This document shows, in pieces, positions 33,572 through 45,200 of a stretch of 64,000 nt of DNA. The stretch is from Leidyana gryllorum EB-2025a (Eukaryota > Protista > Apicomplexa). Numbering within the stretch: the first letter of the stretch is position 1; the number at the start of each line of letters is the position of its first letter. The stretch is taken from contig JBLWGC010000224.1 of the NCBI GenBank assembly GCA_048772705.1, positions 186,001-250,000 on the forward strand, written 5' to 3'. The notes under the pieces were generated by a model, which saw only the letters and a list, made by a program, of their open reading frames with translations, made no database searches and had not been told where the DNA came from. The position numbers and the translations under genes are program-made.

Positions 33572-36104
33572 TCACCCATGCAAAAAGTCCTGCACCGCCA
33601 TATGACCCTCTCCCAAGGTGTCCGAGACCGCCGAAAGAACCGGGCTGAATGGCGATCGGCTACTCGGAGTAGAACGCGCTCGTCGCGGCTCCTTCTCAGA
33701 GGCAAATCCCGGACCGATCCAAAGGATTTCTTTGCTATTTGCAACGAAATACTCGTTCCTGTCAGGATCGAAGGCTATCGTGTGCGGTGTGCCAAAAGTC
33801 GCAGGGATAGTCACCAGTCCCAAAGGCCGCCCGACCTCCAGGTCGAACATCAAAATCGCTGGCAACACTTCATCACTCTGTGGAATGTCTCTGCGGCTGT
33901 CCAACGCTATCCTCTCGACATGGCGACCAGTGGTGTCATCGTCAAACACCACTCCAGGCCTCGCGGTCTCCTTCGGGCAGAAGCTTGTTCCTCCGTTGCT
34001 TCCGGTGGAATAGGCAATCAGCCGAGGCGAAGAACTATGGCCCCGACGTCTTTGACATTCCTCGGCAGCGCGAATGTGCTGTCTTAAGAACCGGTCCTTG
34101 GATAAACCACACGCGGTAGAACACATGCTAGCTCGCCACCTATCCATGTTCAGAGACCTTGAGCGTCTAGCTGAGCTGCGATCCGAACCTCCCAAAGACT
34201 CTCTGGTACTGAGCTGCTCCAAATCCGGCAGTTGCTGTATAGGCCTACTTGGGGGCGCCAAGGTCCGATGATGTGGATGATTTAAGGAAGGAAGTGGTGT
34301 CCCATCCTCACTGGTTTCGGTGGCTTGGGATGAAGAGAAGCCGCACCAGCCAGTCGCACCTCGACTGAATGACGTGACAGTGGGTGTTACCGGCGCAGGA
34401 GCAGTCCCAGACAGGTTCAACATATCAAAAGCCGACGTTATACTCAAAGCGTGTTCTCGAAATGCTGCCTCTGAGAACGTGTTGGCAAGCTGAGGTCGAT
34501 GACGTGGTCTCGGTCGCTTGGTCGCCATGGTTGTTTGGTTTTCAAGACGAAGCGGGTGAAGCTGAGACGTGTTGCTGGTGTTGGGTCGCCCACTGCGAAT
34601 GCTTTGAGAGTTGGTGGTCATACTTTCCCGTGTTTCGAAGAAGGTGCTAGCGGTTTCAAATGTAGACAATAGTTGATCCAATGCAGTTGTTGACGACAGA
34701 CTATCTGCTCTTTTGACGACTGGCTTCCGATTCTTGATGTACATCAGCACCACAGACTGAGAGTGAAGGACTTGCGGATGCGAATCTGAAACTCGATGTT
34801 GACAGTAGAGCGCGCTCCTTACCGATCAGTGGGGCTCCGATCAGTCCAAAAGAGAGCAGCTTTTGCACTTCAGATTCGCTGCAGACATACAACTCCAGAT
34901 TATCATGACTTAACGCGACGAACTTGGTTAGCTCTCTTGCCTTGCCTAAGTTGCCATCCCAGACACTCTTTGACTGCCGAGAAACGCATAAGGGGGACGA
35001 CGTTGTAGCACGAATCTTACTGGCAGGAAAGTAACAGCTTGAGGATTGAAATCGGCAGTTCCTGAGGCTTCCATGATACTTCCAGTGGCAAGATTGTGAG
35101 CTCTTAAACGCATTCCATCTTGCTTAAGCAAAAGTAAAGATCCACATAATTCGACTAGCTTCAATGCTCTGTTTTTATGCAGTGTAACGCTTGTATCCGC
35201 CTGGAGCTCAGCAAGTGGGTTGGGAAAGCCTATATCACTCACAACGCATTCTCCATTTCGGACTTGAAACAAACGCACAGGTAGTGCTTCAGGGCTAGGA
35301 GGCCTGAGAGAAGGATCACCAGGTTTCTCGATGAGGGACCTACTGGAAGAAGGCAACTGTATCTCTAGAAAGACGTAACTCCTGGTGGTCCACGTTGCTG
35401 GTGACAAAAAGTGGCGCGTAATCCCGCATGTCCCAGAACGTGAAAGAGCCATTCTGTGGGGTAGAAGTAACAATCCAGGCATTTTGCTCTGATCGCGGCA
35501 GTTAGTTGATAGGCATGCACACTATCGTCTTTCATACCTTCAAACTCGATGAAACCAGGATAAGGTACCACTAGACTCTGCAGCTGCCTTCCCCCTTCGT
35601 AGGGTACGAAATTGCCTTGTGTTAGATCTACGCGGTTGATGATGTGAACCTTCAATCCACGATCCATATAGCCCGAGTGCCAAATGGTGAAAATAGTATC
35701 GTTCCACTTATTGTAACATACGGACCGTACAACTGAAATAGTCTTCAGCAAACGTTTGATCGTCTCACCTTGCCAGTCGTTCTCCAGAAGACTGCCTATT
35801 TGACTTCCATCTTTTCTGGCATAGACCATTGCCGATCCTTGCTTAAACCTGGAGACGGCTTTCAGGAGGTCGTGATCCAATCACCCACAGTGCAATCACA
35901 ACATCTTCAGCTATAATCAATTCCACGACCTGGTAATCGTTCTCCACCCGAGTGAATCGTTTCCGAGCACTGGATTAGAAAGCAAATTGGATCTAATCTT
36001 CAAACTCGGACTCACGCCTGGGTTGGAAAAGGCGGCTTGACGGCTGTCAGGCGCCGTCCTCGTTCCTTCAGGTACCTCAGTTCATTATAGCGCGGGAGGA
36101 ACAT
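33572..36104 (-). CDS. Uncharacterised WD40-like protein (plant At3g54190-like family), multi-exon, with a long disordered insert
   Basis: VVRSVCYNKWND, YPGFIEF, LHKNRALKLVELCGSLLLLKQ, NPQAVTFL and IAFDPDRNEYFVAN parallel the recalled family motifs VIRSLFYNKNND, WPGFVEF, LHRNKKVDFIEQFNEKLLVKQ, TPSAFIFL and LFYDEERNEIYTGN. Confidence 0.65.
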
Positions 36105-36164
36105 GAAGCGGCCATTGGTCAGGTGCGTCTCGTGTCAAACAAACTTTTTCGCACGTGTGTGTAG

Positions 36165-37909
36165 ATGCTGGGCTCAGATGATTCGAATGCCCACAACGTT
36201 GCACAAGGGCTATCGGCCATCTTCGGCTTGTCATTAATTACAAAGGTTGTGAGTTTCGGTTTATCATGTCTAGCCATACCACTCATGACGCTGCCGTGGT
36301 ATGGCGTCCATGCAGTTCATTTGTTCGTATTTGTGACGCTGACGTCGTGGCCGCGAGTCGAGTGCTTTCGCAAGGTCATTCTGAGGTTGTCGCATGCTAC
36401 TGGGGTCGAGAAAGCTTCGCGGACTAATCTGGAACGAATATCCATGATACTGACTTTGGCGGTTACATCGGTGGCGGCCATGATTTGGTGGTACCGGCCT
36501 CCCGAATTGGTGCGAGAGAGTCAGCAGCTCATTCGAGACATATATAATGTCAGTATCGCCTTGCATGTTATTGCCAGCGTGATAACGGCTTTCGGGGAGC
36601 GGCTTTACTTGGAGTTATGCTTTGCGGAGATGTTCAGGAAGAAAGCACACTTGGATACATTCGGAGCTATCATTTGGGCTGCGTCATTTAACTGTCCTTT
36701 CCTCGTCTTGCAATTTCTAGATCGCCTGGATATGGCGCCGATCGTACTTCTATTGGTGTCAGGATTGTCACAATGCATATGGGCTCTGGGAACCATGATC
36801 TACACTGCGTGGGTACTACGACAAGGTCCCGTAGATGTACTTGCTGGCATCTGGGATCAAATCAAGTTTGTCCGTATCATCGACACCCAGCGGAGACTGT
36901 TGGTTGAGGCTCATCGCGAGTTCTTGATGGTTGAGCTCGTTACGTCAGTGCAGAAGTACGTGGTGGCGGAAGGAGATAAGTTACTGATGATGCGATATCT
37001 CGGGCCGGAGTCTCAAGGAGCAGTCAGCCTGGTTCAGAATCTTGCAAGCGTCCTGCTGAGAATGTTCTTCTTGCCTCAGGAAGAGATGCTGGCCATTCAC
37101 TACAGTGCCAACAATATGGGACAAGTGGCAGGCGAGTGGAGTGTTGGACAATGGTTTACCTATCTCGAGGTGTTCCGACTAGTTGCATTTGTGGAGTGGA
37201 GTCTGGGGCTCGCGGCAGCTGTTTTCGGCCCGCTCTTCGCATCCTCAGTGATGTTGTTTGCATTCGGATCAGAGGCTGCTGAGTCGCAGAGCGAGTTATT
37301 GGCGAGGTGAGTTGGACACTGATACAAATATCTCACATACGGCACAGATATTGCTGGGTGATTCTTGGGGCTGGAATATGTGGCGTCATGGAAGGTTTCT
37401 TGAACAGCAGCGCATCTGCGCACTGGTTGCGCATCAACCAGAAGTTCAGTCGGGTGTCTTGGCTCGTGATAAATGGAGTGGCAGCAGGATTATGGGAAGT
37501 ACAGCGGAGGACTGGTGACTCGATATTTGGCTGGAAGGACACCACCATTTGGGTCTGGGCGAGCGGTATGACCTTTGGATCACGAGCCATAATTCCATTG
37601 GTGATGTTGACTCGCCACATTACGCGTGCCCCAAAGTATAAAGGCCTACGGGATTTAGTGCGAGTGGTGTTCCTGAAGCAATGGATGCTCATGTTGGCAG
37701 TACAGCTTGCGCTATCTATTGCTCTTCGATATGCCCCGACAGTGCACGCGCTGGAGCGGGTCGCATTGCTGGCACCGGAGAAATTACGTCATCGGCTGGA
37801 GGTCAGCAGGTTGATGTATTGCGGGCTGACTGGAGGCTCAGTGCTGCTCTTGGCAATTCGTCCGGCGTGGCGTCATCGCCGCTACAAGTATCACTCCAAG
37901 ATGGTGTGA
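36165..37909 (+). CDS. RFT1: RFT1-like oligosaccharide translocation protein
   Basis: Polytopic; KYVVAEGDKLLM..QGAVSLVQNLASVLLRMFFLPQEE matches RFT1 K.LLTEGD..QG.Y.L..N.GSL..R..F.P.EE; ECFR motif; GVMEGF. One short intron near 37307. Confidence 0.8.
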
Positions 37910-38458
37910 CTAGTTGGAGCATCAGCTTGGCGGGGATGCTTTGAAATTTGATGGTAGCTCAAATGGCCGAGGTCTCGACAAGAAACCATGCATTGAGGGC
38001 AGACGTAACTGTTAGCAGTAGCTGCGGGCCAGAGAAGGTTGTTAGCGTGGAGATAGATGAGCCGAATCTTGGGCCTGCGAGGAGAGGCATCATCTGAGCT
38101 TTTATCAATAGCAGCGAATTTGTCCTCCCGAGCAGACCAATCGACTTTGGAGCCCACTGCTAACGATTCGTATGCTATGAAGAGAGAGCATTTCTTGCAG
38201 TAGTGTCGACGCTGTCGTTCAAATCCGTGTCCTGAAGGTACGCGTGTAATACTTGGTCCAGGTTTGGTGTCCATGATAACCTGAGTGACTTTTGATAAGG
38301 GGTGAAGCAGAAGGCACACTCACGGTGCATGTCTTTGGGTTGAGCACCCTGTCGGGTCTATTGTTCCTCTTTGGAACCAAGTGCACATCAGCGTCGGTGC
38401 TGACACCAAGTGTGCCACATCTGCGGCAGTGAATAGTGACGAGCCCCGTGGATTTCAT
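37891..38458 (-). CDS. STEEP1: STEEP1/CXorf56 (UPF0428) homolog with a C-terminal C2H2 zinc finger
   Basis: HCRRCG..VPKRNNRPDRVL..GFERQRRHYCKKCSLFIAYES matches CXorf56 (YCLCG..LPMR.RD..GIERQYR.KC.KCGL.LFYQS); tail CPQC-x12-HQISKH. The 3' end overlaps the RFT1 stop by ~19 bp. Confidence 0.72.
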
Positions 38459-38482
38459 TGGAGGGATAGTAAAAAAAAGGGT

Positions 38483-39364
38483 ATGAGCTCTCGCTTGAAG
38501 GCAGCCAAGCGCAACCTCGAGTTCTATCGGGTGGCTTTCGGAATCGAGCCGCCCTACAAAGTGATTGGTAAGGAAGATGGATTGAGAGTGGTGCTGCAAA
38601 TAGCCATTGTAGTCGATGGTCCTTTAGTGGCTGCCTGTTTGGCCCAGAAGTTGGACCCCATCACGGTTATATCGAAAATACTTGGCAACAAGGTTGAATT
38701 AGGTAAGGGGGTGCAACAGCTACTCACAATTGCGTTTGCAGTGACGACGCGATGCGGTCTGGCCGAAATTCAATCATTGAAAGGTATGATGAAGGAAACC
38801 GTTGACTGGGTTACGAAGAATCTTCCCAAGTTCAATTGTGTCCATAAACGGCTGCTGGAGAATGGTGAAGACCAGCAAAAGGAGGAAGAGGCAGCAGATG
38901 TTGAGGAGAGTGATAAGCCCTCACCTGCAGGGCCTGCCAAGACGATCAACTGCTATCAATGCATTTGCGACCTGAGTGGTCGTGGTAATCCGTTGCGTTT
39001 TGTTTACGCCGTACAAGACCCTCGGTTAGTCAAGGTGCTCAAAGAGGCTATGGGAGTACCTTTGGTGGTGTTACAAGGGAACCGAGCAGTACTGTGGCAG
39101 CCAAGTGAGCGGTCGGAGCGCAAACACAAGAAGCGGGAACAACGTAAACTACACATTGCGGCCTGGGAAAAGGAGGTGCTGGAGGGCGAAGCAGCCGATG
39201 AAGGGGCCGCAAAGAAGAAACGCAAGGGGCCAAAGGCCCCAAATCCACTTTCGGTCAAGAAGCGACGGACGACAAAAGATGGGCAGCAGAAAGGTTCGGA
39301 TGCAGCGGGTGGAGAGAAGAAGAGAAGAACGCGTTCCAAGAGCCACAGAACTCCGAAAAGTTGA
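38483..39364 (+). CDS. UTP23: UTP23 rRNA-processing PIN-like protein
   Basis: FYRVAFGIEPPYKVI|VDG, VTTRC, CVH..C, YAVQDPRL..GVPL, KKKRKGPKAPNPLSVKKR; introns 38568-38612 and 38703-38741. Confidence 0.9.
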   Translation: MSSRLKAAKRNLEFYRVAFGIEPPYKVIGKEDGLRVVLQIAIVVDGPLVAACLAQKLDPITVISKILGNKVELGKGVQQLLTIAFAVTTRCGLAEIQSLKGMMKETVDWVTKNLPKFNCVHKRLLENGEDQQKEEEAADVEESDKPSPAGPAKTINCYQCICDLSGRGNPLRFVYAVQDPRLVKVLKEAMGVPLVVLQGNRAVLWQPSERSERKHKKREQRKLHIAAWEKEVLEGEAADEGAAKKKRKGPKAPNPLSVKKRRTTKDGQQKGSDAAGGEKKRRTRSKSHRTPKS

Positions 39365-39441
39365 GGGAGGAGGTCTTGGGGATGGAGGATGGTCTTTGCT
39401 GGACACACACATTGAGTCAAACACACGGACGCGGCTGTATA

Positions 39442-42183
39442 ATGCGGTTGTATCTGATCAGCTGCTTGCTTTATTTGGTTGGCGCTGAAGATATAATTGC
39501 TGGACCATATGAGAATGAGGTAGCTCAACATATGGCGCGTTTGATCCGCGGACTTCGGTCCGAAACCGTGGTTGACGTACCGAGTCCATCGGTCCGTATT
39601 GAAGGTAGTGATGTGATACTCGATGGACCGGTGGACGATCCGTACGTGTGGTACAAATTCGAAACGACGAAACGCGATGCTTATCTGGCTGGTCGAGTGA
39701 TCGGTGCGAGTGACGAGGAAATCGCACATGGATTCTCCATTTTATGGTCCAACCTTAGCCAAGACGAAATTAAAGCCCCCGAGGGCTTCACATATCCCTC
39801 TAATTGGATTCATCCCGAGCATCTGCGCGATCATCCATCGCTGATGTTGATGCCGAAGCCTGAGGCTGTGATCATCAACGACATAAACGGCGACACTATA
39901 TATCATGACAGGAGCGATCCCTGGGCTCCGATAATCCGTATCACGGACTCTAGCAGCTTTGTATCCCGCCCCTACACCCAAGGTCCCTCGCCGATTCGCG
40001 CTTATGCAGCGAGATGGGCCGCTGCAGAGCGCGCCTGGTCTCGAAAGTCCTCCCCCGCCCGACCGAAACCTGAACCCGAACCCGAACCATATCGCAAGGA
40101 GTCGTCAGAAGGCGGATCCTCCCCGGCCAGTGATGATGGTGAGGCCGCTGTGGAAAGCGAGTCCCTCCCGCCGATGGCGGAGGAGAGTGCTGAGAACGGT
40201 ACCTCAGTGTCACTGCACGGGGAGGCACTGACGACCGCCGGAGACGCCGAGTCCGCCGCCACTTCCCCTCCTCCAAGTTTACCTGATGACGACGTTACCC
40301 CGGCTGTAGCGAAATCTGATGACGACGTTACCCCGGCGGTAGCGAAGTCTGCTGACATGCGGTCATACGTATTCGATATTAAGGCATTTTCTGCCACATT
40401 GGCGTCGAAACCCGCATCGGAAGAGAATACTAATGTTGAGGAGACACCAGCTGTCTCTGTTGCTGACGATGATGATGATGATGACGAAAAGGATGACGTG
40501 AGTAGTGATCCCGACAAAAGCACCGAGCTTATGAACGCGGCGTCTTCACAGGGTGAGACTCGAGGCCTTGCCTTGAAGTACGTGAACGCTCCCTCCTCAA
40601 CGCTGCCGTTACCGTCTCCGTCGACTACGATACGGCACAGTGCCGACTCTACTGGTAGTGGCAGCAGCAGCAACGGCAACGGCAATTCGCGTTTCGATTA
40701 TAATGCCCCATCGGAACCGACGTTGGAAGGCTACAAGAAGCCTCACCTATTGATCACTCCTCATATCGCCAATCCCGCACAGTTCCACACGAGTACCCAT
40801 CCACCCCTGGCTCCCCCGGTGGATATGCAGTTTTACGAGTTTGTTGAGGAGTGGGAGGGTAAGTCCGGCGCCACCCACACCACCACTGCCAGTCCCGTTG
40901 TGGAGCAGCTCAAAGGTCAATGGTTCCCAGTGGATGACAGTTATAGTCTGGAGACCAAACTGGGATTGGCCAAATGGCTCGCTCGGCACGAGGCTGCGCC
41001 TGAAGTGTCCTACGACTCACTTTACGTCCCGACTTCCTCTCCCCATATTCACCTTCAGCAGCCGCCCCCACAGCCCAAACTTATCAAACCCGCCATTCTG
41101 GACGGCGAGTTTGTTCCTTTCAAGCGGATCGGAGGGGTTAAATTCCTGCCGCAATCTTCAGAGCTCCACAAATCGTCGTCTCGCTATCCCATTAGCAGCA
41201 ACCCGCCGCCGATGGAGCCGCCCAAATTCCTCCCGCCGTCTTTGGCTAACATTCCTCCACCACCACAGCCAACAGTCGTCCAGAGCCCTCTGTCACCCGC
41301 TGTGCAGCAGCAACAAGCTGCTGAGACAAACGAGCTGTTCCCTCCGACCATTGTCGATCTGATCCCCGCCCCTCTCCGGGAACCGCTCCTCAACTCGCCT
41401 GCTGCCACAGTTGCCGCGCTCTTACAGCACCTCGGAACCACCACTACTAACAGTAACCCGGCGGCAGCACCTGAGCCTGCCGTTCCGGACTCAACAGTGC
41501 AGAAGAGCGACACGGGCAGTGTGTTGATTGGCGAGACCCCCTTGGCGGCGGCAGCTGAGTCTGCAGCAGTGTCAGGAGGAGTTGCCCAAAGTGACCGCAA
41601 TGACTCAGTTGAGGTCACCCAAGCGAGCAACGACAACTCGCTGCTGAAGAAGAAGCTTTCTGAGGGAATGACAGACGCGACTGAGGGGGGAGAGAAACAG
41701 TTGCTGCTGAATGAAAGCCCCATTGAGGCCAAGGCTGAGACTATGGAGGCTGAGAGGCAGCAGGACACAGAGACGGCTGAGGGAGGACGAGCAGAACTTG
41801 ATAATGTGGACCGGAATAGCCCCGGAGAAGGTGATGGTGAGGCAGAAGCCTTCGGATTGAAGAGACTGGGAGGGTATCGACCCGGAGTGGAGATCGGGCC
41901 TGTTTCTCTGTTGGATCCAGAACCTGATGCTGTGGTCGTTAGGGTTGGTGAAAACCTTCCGCCTCCCGCGGGAGTGAGTTATGGCACTATTTCTGTGGTG
42001 ATCCCCGAACCTTCCCGGACAATTGGAGTACCGCAAGTGCAGGAGCGATATGCTCTGGGATGTTGTGCACATGGTGTACGAGGAGCGTCGGAAGATCTTT
42101 TCCCAATTGCTGGTGACGGAGTCATGTCGTCATTCTTAGTTTTGTGGACCGTTGGCCTTATCGCGTATGTTTACATGTTATAA
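39442..42183 (+). CDS. Secreted/surface Pro-Ser-Glu-rich protein, candidate GPI- or C-terminally anchored
   Basis: Signal peptide MRLYLISCLLYLVGA; ~910-aa open frame; hydrophobic C-terminus SSFLVLWTVGLIAYVYML. Confidence 0.7.
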   Translation: MRLYLISCLLYLVGAEDIIAGPYENEVAQHMARLIRGLRSETVVDVPSPSVRIEGSDVILDGPVDDPYVWYKFETTKRDAYLAGRVIGASDEEIAHGFSILWSNLSQDEIKAPEGFTYPSNWIHPEHLRDHPSLMLMPKPEAVIINDINGDTIYHDRSDPWAPIIRITDSSSFVSRPYTQGPSPIRAYAARWAAAERAWSRKSSPARPKPEPEPEPYRKESSEGGSSPASDDGEAAVESESLPPMAEESAENGTSVSLHGEALTTAGDAESAATSPPPSLPDDDVTPAVAKSDDDVTPAVAKSADMRSYVFDIKAFSATLASKPASEENTNVEETPAVSVADDDDDDDEKDDVSSDPDKSTELMNAASSQGETRGLALKYVNAPSSTLPLPSPSTTIRHSADSTGSGSSSNGNGNSRFDYNAPSEPTLEGYKKPHLLITPHIANPAQFHTSTHPPLAPPVDMQFYEFVEEWEGKSGATHTTTASPVVEQLKGQWFPVDDSYSLETKLGLAKWLARHEAAPEVSYDSLYVPTSSPHIHLQQPPPQPKLIKPAILDGEFVPFKRIGGVKFLPQSSELHKSSSRYPISSNPPPMEPPKFLPPSLANIPPPPQPTVVQSPLSPAVQQQQAAETNELFPPTIVDLIPAPLREPLLNSPAATVAALLQHLGTTTTNSNPAAAPEPAVPDSTVQKSDTGSVLIGETPLAAAAESAAVSGGVAQSDRNDSVEVTQASNDNSLLKKKLSEGMTDATEGGEKQLLLNESPIEAKAETMEAERQQDTETAEGGRAELDNVDRNSPGEGDGEAEAFGLKRLGGYRPGVEIGPVSLLDPEPDAVVVRVGENLPPPAGVSYGTISVVIPEPSRTIGVPQVQERYALGCCAHGVRGASEDLFPIAGDGVMSSFLVLWTVGLIAYVYML
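40285..40350 (+). repeat. 33-bp coding tandem repeat x2 (DDDVTPAVAKS)
   Basis: Directly visible; copies differ only at synonymous positions. Confidence 0.9.
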
Positions 42184-42270
42184 ACTGATCCCTAGTTGGT
42201 TTGGGCGGGGCGGTGTGTCCCGAGAGTAAGGAAATGCATTTTGAGGTGCTCGTGGTGTCTGAAGATTGAA

Positions 42271-45200
42271 ATGACCGAGATCTCATCGCAGAAACCGCTT
42301 AATGCTATAGACTGTCGCGCAGAAGCTGTTGCCGGTAAAGATATTGCTTGCCTCCCGCGGCGAAAGTTGGACGACGCGCGCGCCCCCCAAGTGAGTGGCA
42401 ATTTGACATCGAACACACGCATATCACCCATACACATCACAGAGTTTGCAACGTCTCCCTTTCCATGTTGGGGCTAAACACCACCATAATCGACTGCCTG
42501 CGGAGCCCGTCCGAGGCATCCCAGCACACAGCAGTGGGCACCCGCACACTGCTGAGCAGACGTCTCCAGCCTCTGTGGGTCTCACCATGGAACCTTTTGG
42601 GGCGCCGTCTCAACTGCAATCCGCTACTAATGTTCAGGTCGATCTTCCGATGATGGACGACGACGCAGCCTCGGCCACGGGTCATCGACGTACGACTATT
42701 ATAAAGCGAACTCGCAAGCGACCGCACACAACCACGACGACCACCTCAACTACCACGACGACCACGGCCACCACCACCGTGCCGCGACATCGGGCGGTTC
42801 AAGACAGTGAAGAATTATCGCTATCCGCTGATCCCGAAGAAGATGAAGCAGAAGAGGAAGACGAAGAAGGAGAAGACTCAATGGAGTCCAGCACTGGTGA
42901 TAATGACGCCGTGATGGATGATGAAGACGAAGACGAAGCGGGGGAGTCTTCATCGTCGTCGATGAGAAGAAATAGCGACCGGACGAAGAAGAAGAAGACG
43001 ACGACCACCAGTGGCAGTCTTCGACGCCGTCGACCTTTACAAGTCGAGTTGGGCTCGCCGGCGAATATGCAGACCGATGATCCTTTGTCAATGAGTACAG
43101 AGCTTCCGTCATTCTACAACGACGTTGAGGCCACTGAGGAGCCCGTTGGGCCGCCGATGATGCCCGGAGTCCAGAAGCATTGGCTGCACAAACATATCCA
43201 CGCGCCCATAGTCATGACTCCGACGCATCCGCCACCGGCTCCGCCGCGAGAGGAGCCGCGGTGGCATCACTGGTTTGAGATCTTTCCGTCGAAACGGCTG
43301 AAAGATTACGACGACGCTCTGGACGATACAGATGACCCCGTAGACGACATGGAACCGATATTCCGAGATGATATAAAGGTTTGGCCCCCCAGGCACGAGT
43401 CCGAAGAGGACAATTACAGTAGAGAGGTGCAAGAAGTGGAGTCCCGCTGGCAACATTTCCTGCACCACCATCAGCCGCATAAGGAACATCATCTAAAGCT
43501 ACCCTCCTGGCTCCGTCATCCATTCGGTGGAGGAGGAGGTACCGAAGATGCCGATTTTCCAGTAGTTCATTTGGGTCATCCTTGGGCTGAACAAGACCCC
43601 AACACTGACCAATGGGGCGATGACCCAGAGACTCTTATGGTAATGGGCATCCTTTCTGGAACAGTGGTGGTGCTATCAAGCTTCCTCCTCCTGCTACTGT
43701 GTATGCTGGCTCGCCAGACCAGACGCCGCCGCGCATGTGAAAGCCGCTGTCCCCCTCCCCCACCCTCTGATGAGCAGCAGTCCTCGTCTTCGGGCCGCCC
43801 GAGCAGCTCAGAGGACGACGGCATACCGCGTCTCGACATTAACACGCGTCGCACAGAACCGCCGACGCTGATGGGGCTCGACCCGCCAGACGACTCCTCA
43901 CGCGGCGGTGGAGGGGGACTGCGGTGCTCTCTGGGCGGCGTCGGGGGCAATAATAATCATCTTCACGGAGGCAACTCATCGAGCGAGAACATCTCTGCCT
44001 CCAGTCCTGGGGGTGGATTCAATTGTGCAAACGCTGTTGAAGAGCATCGACAACAGTTACATCGGGAAATTCAGCTCTTACAGCAAAAATACAGTCCACC
44101 AGCTGCAGTCTGTGGCCAAATTGATAACGCTGTCGTCTGCATTCAAGTGGACCCCGAGGAGGACGACGAGAGAGACTTAGCAGCAGCAACAGAACACCTC
44201 CACTCCCCCACCAGACGACGACAACAACAAAACCCCCCCCATTCAGACGAATGCTGCTCCTCTCCCGATCCAAAATGTCAGCCTGAGTTCGAGCATCAGG
44301 TCCTGAATATTGCTTCCGCCAGCCGTGCTGCCACACCTAGTCGGTCTGCCGCATCCTGTTGTTCGATCATCAGTCATCATAACAATCTTGGAGAATCACG
44401 GACTTGTGCTGTCCCATTGAACGTGCCGATCCAAAGACGACGACGGAGACGACGTGAACACCACTCGCTACCCTCACAGCGCTCCAGCAGGGATCTGTCG
44501 TCCCCGCCCTCAGTCAATCGCCGTCAAACTCAACAAGACTTCCTCCCGAGCTGTCGATCACATTCTCCATCTCTGTGCCGTCCAGACGATCACACACCCC
44601 TCCATCCGACCTTGGAGCTTCCAACAAAGGCGCAAAAATGTCTAACGTCGCTGCCGAGTAGGATTACTCCATCTTCTTGCGTCTATACTCCACCATCTGC
44701 CGAGCACTGCCAGGCGCAAAGAATACCCCATACAGCGGCATGCCGAATTCCAAACCCTTTCACTACAGCTCCTACAACCGCTCCCATCCCTGAAGACACG
44801 TGTCAGGTCCTGCCACACTTCCCAGACACGGCCCCTCTTCCGTGCCCCGGACCAATTGTGTGTGCTGAAGTGCAAATACCGTGTGATGATGGCCAGTCGT
44901 CCTCTGCACCGCCTGCAGAAGACAATGCGACAACGTGTTACTGCGACTTGAGCGCAGCATCAGTCTTGCGGAGGTCGCGGGTGGCTGAAGAACTCGATCA
45001 GCTGCGACCTCCATTACGGCACGAGCTCGAAGGCCGATGGGGGGGCGCTGGACCCACGGGCCAATGCTCCTCGTCAGTGCATTCAGCCGCGGCAGTGGAC
45101 AGCACACACAGCGACTGGAAGACCCCTCGGGAGATCGATTCTTCAGTTCGAGTACCAGCAAGCTTTGGCGACTGCTTTGACAAGCTGCCACGGAGACACC

